A stretch of 64,000 nt of DNA, taken from assembly GCA_016744295.1 (NCBI GenBank), contig JADGEQ010000007.1:127652-191651 (forward strand). Direction: 5' to 3'. Under the pieces are notes generated by a model. It was not told the origin of the DNA. It was given only the letters and a program-made list of their open reading frames with translations, and searched no databases. The stretch is from Desulfobacteraceae bacterium. GTDB taxonomy: Bacteria > Desulfobacterota > Desulfobacteria > Desulfobacterales > Desulfobacteraceae. The stretch's first letter is position 1. The number at the start of each line of letters is the position of its first letter. Below are positions 62,883 to 64,000 of the stretch, one piece after another. A program made the position numbers and the translations under genes.

Positions 62883-64000
62883 ATGCAAAAGCTAAGACCC
62901 GAAAATTACAATGAATTTCTTCGTGACTATTCCGTCAACACACCCGATACTTACAATTTTGCCTTTGATTTTTTAGACGCCAAAGCAAAGGAAGACCCGG
63001 GCCAGCAGGCCATGATCCATGTGGACAACAAGGGCATGACCCGAACCTTTGATTTTAAATATTTCTCCGAAGAATCCGCAAGGCTGGCAAATGTCCTCCA
63101 AAAGAAAGGGATTCAAAAAGGGGACAGGATCATGATCATTCTCTACCGTCGGGTGGAATTCTGGACGACCATGCTGGCTCTCCACAAGATCGGAGCCGTT
63201 GCCATCCCCTCCCCCTTCCTTCTTACGGGAAAGGATATTGAGTATCGGGTCAACTTTGCCAACATCAAAGGGATCATTGCGGAACACACGTTAAACAAAG
63301 CCGTCCAGGATGCCCGCAAACAATGCCCAAATCTCAAAATTTTTCTGGAATTAGGCCGGGACACCCCTTCCGACGGGTGGGAGGATTTCCACGCCCTTTG
63401 CCGGAAAGAATCCCCCCGATTTACCCGGCCCGATAATAGTGCCGGCGGTGAAGACCCCCTTTTAATCTTCTTCTCTTCCGGCACCACAGGCGCCCCAAAG
63501 ATGGTAGAACACACCCATACCTACCCCATGGGGCACCTGACCACAGGGCTTTACTGGCACAACCTGGAACCGGGTGATATCCAACTAACCCTTGCCGACA
63601 CTGGATGGGGTAAAGCCGTGTGGGGTAAATTTTACGGCCAGTGGATGGCCGATGCCGTGGTATTTGTTTTTGACTTCAGGGGTAAATTTGATCCGGCCCA
63701 GCTGCTGCAGATCATGTCCAGGCACAAGGTCACCACCTTCTGCGCCCCACCCACCGTTTACCGTTTTCTAATCCAGCAGGACCTGTCCCCTTACGACCTG
63801 ACAAGCCTCAAGCACTGTACCACCGCAGGAGAACTTCTCAATGACAGCGTGTTTAAAACCTGGAAAAAAGAGACAGGGCTGCCCATTTATGAAGGATATG
63901 GTCAGACAGAAACTGCCCTTCAGATCGCGACGTTTCCCTTTATGACCCCCAGGCCGGGTTCCATTGGCAAACCATGCCCGGGCTGGGATATCATCCTCCT
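62883..64000 (+). CDS. AMP-forming acyl-CoA synthetase (medium-chain/ACSM-like), partial: runs off the window end
   Basis: Not in the track because it is open-ended. My translation from ATG 62883 is MQKLRPENYNEFL...IFFSSGTTGAPKMVEHTH...EGYGQTETA...GSIGKPCPGWD. It carries the AMP-binding signature motifs. Confidence 0.85.
   Translation, partial: MQKLRPENYNEFLRDYSVNTPDTYNFAFDFLDAKAKEDPGQQAMIHVDNKGMTRTFDFKYFSEESARLANVLQKKGIQKGDRIMIILYRRVEFWTTMLALHKIGAVAIPSPFLLTGKDIEYRVNFANIKGIIAEHTLNKAVQDARKQCPNLKIFLELGRDTPSDGWEDFHALCRKESPRFTRPDNSAGGEDPLLIFFSSGTTGAPKMVEHTHTYPMGHLTTGLYWHNLEPGDIQLTLADTGWGKAVWGKFYGQWMADAVVFVFDFRGKFDPAQLLQIMSRHKVTTFCAPPTVYRFLIQQDLSPYDLTSLKHCTTAGELLNDSVFKTWKKETGLPIYEGYGQTETALQIATFPFMTPRPGSIGKPCPGWDIIL

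Noticed and set aside
1-64000. CRISPR arrays, rRNA genes, intact IS elements, integrases, prophage genes, toxin-antitoxin pairs, or known defence systems (RM, Abi, CBASS, retron and others)
   Set aside because: I looked for regularly spaced direct repeats, transposase or integrase motifs (DDE, tyrosine recombinase R..H..R..Y) and terminal inverted repeats, and found none. The only mobile-element trace is the truncated group II intron tail. The DUF1998 helicase matches the MrfA repair type with a fused exonuclease, rather than a DISARM-type context.

Overview
This 64-kb segment is densely coded and chromosomal. By eye the GC content is in the mid-40s percent. The gene content looks like an anaerobic, probably sulfate-reducing Desulfobacterota genome (Desulfobacterales-like). 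That guess is inference from multihaem cytochromes, a haem-binding chemoreceptor, a giant BadF/BcrA-type activase and a citramalate-route ilv/leu operon. Contents in order:
- mlaE-F-D-C-A lipid-asymmetry operon (minus strand)
- an AT-rich patch of decayed genes (group II intron 3' remnant, DUF4440 pseudogene)
- an RHH protein coupled to a 1421-aa double-ATPase CoA-enzyme activase
- comEC, murA, tRNA-Leu(UAA)
- MarR plus a methyltransferase
- a 5-gene FecCD/BtuCD-type uptake operon with two SAM methyltransferases embedded, followed by a TonB-dependent receptor broken by one in-frame TGA
- a sucrose cluster (fructokinase, SPS/SPP, sucrose phosphorylase)
- a tetrahaem cytochrome c plus a CXXCH-containing MCP
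- arginase overlapping a fused MrfA-helicase/MrfB-like exonuclease
- a histidine phosphatase, cmoBA, an orphan ParM-like actin plus larB, and two large sensor kinases
- an ilvD-ilvB-ilvN-cimA-leuA operon behind a leader-peptide attenuator
- a PLP decarboxylase next to a decayed MocR regulator
- a GC-richer TetR / ferredoxin stub / MFS efflux module
- a G17 homopolymer and an AlbA_2-like remnant
- an amino-acid ABC transporter, an XRE-cupin regulator and a partial acyl-CoA synthetase.
I found no rRNA, CRISPR array, intact transposase or integrase, prophage or recognisable defence island. The items most worth a second look are:
- the single in-frame TGA with a SECIS-like hairpin in the TonB-dependent receptor
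- the methyltransferase-laden uptake operon with its leader terminator
- a convergent promoter/terminator pair suggesting a small antisense RNA
- the MrfA-MrfB fusion
- the ParM-like/larB pair
- the ilv attenuator.
All family assignments come from motif recognition by eye, not from database searches.
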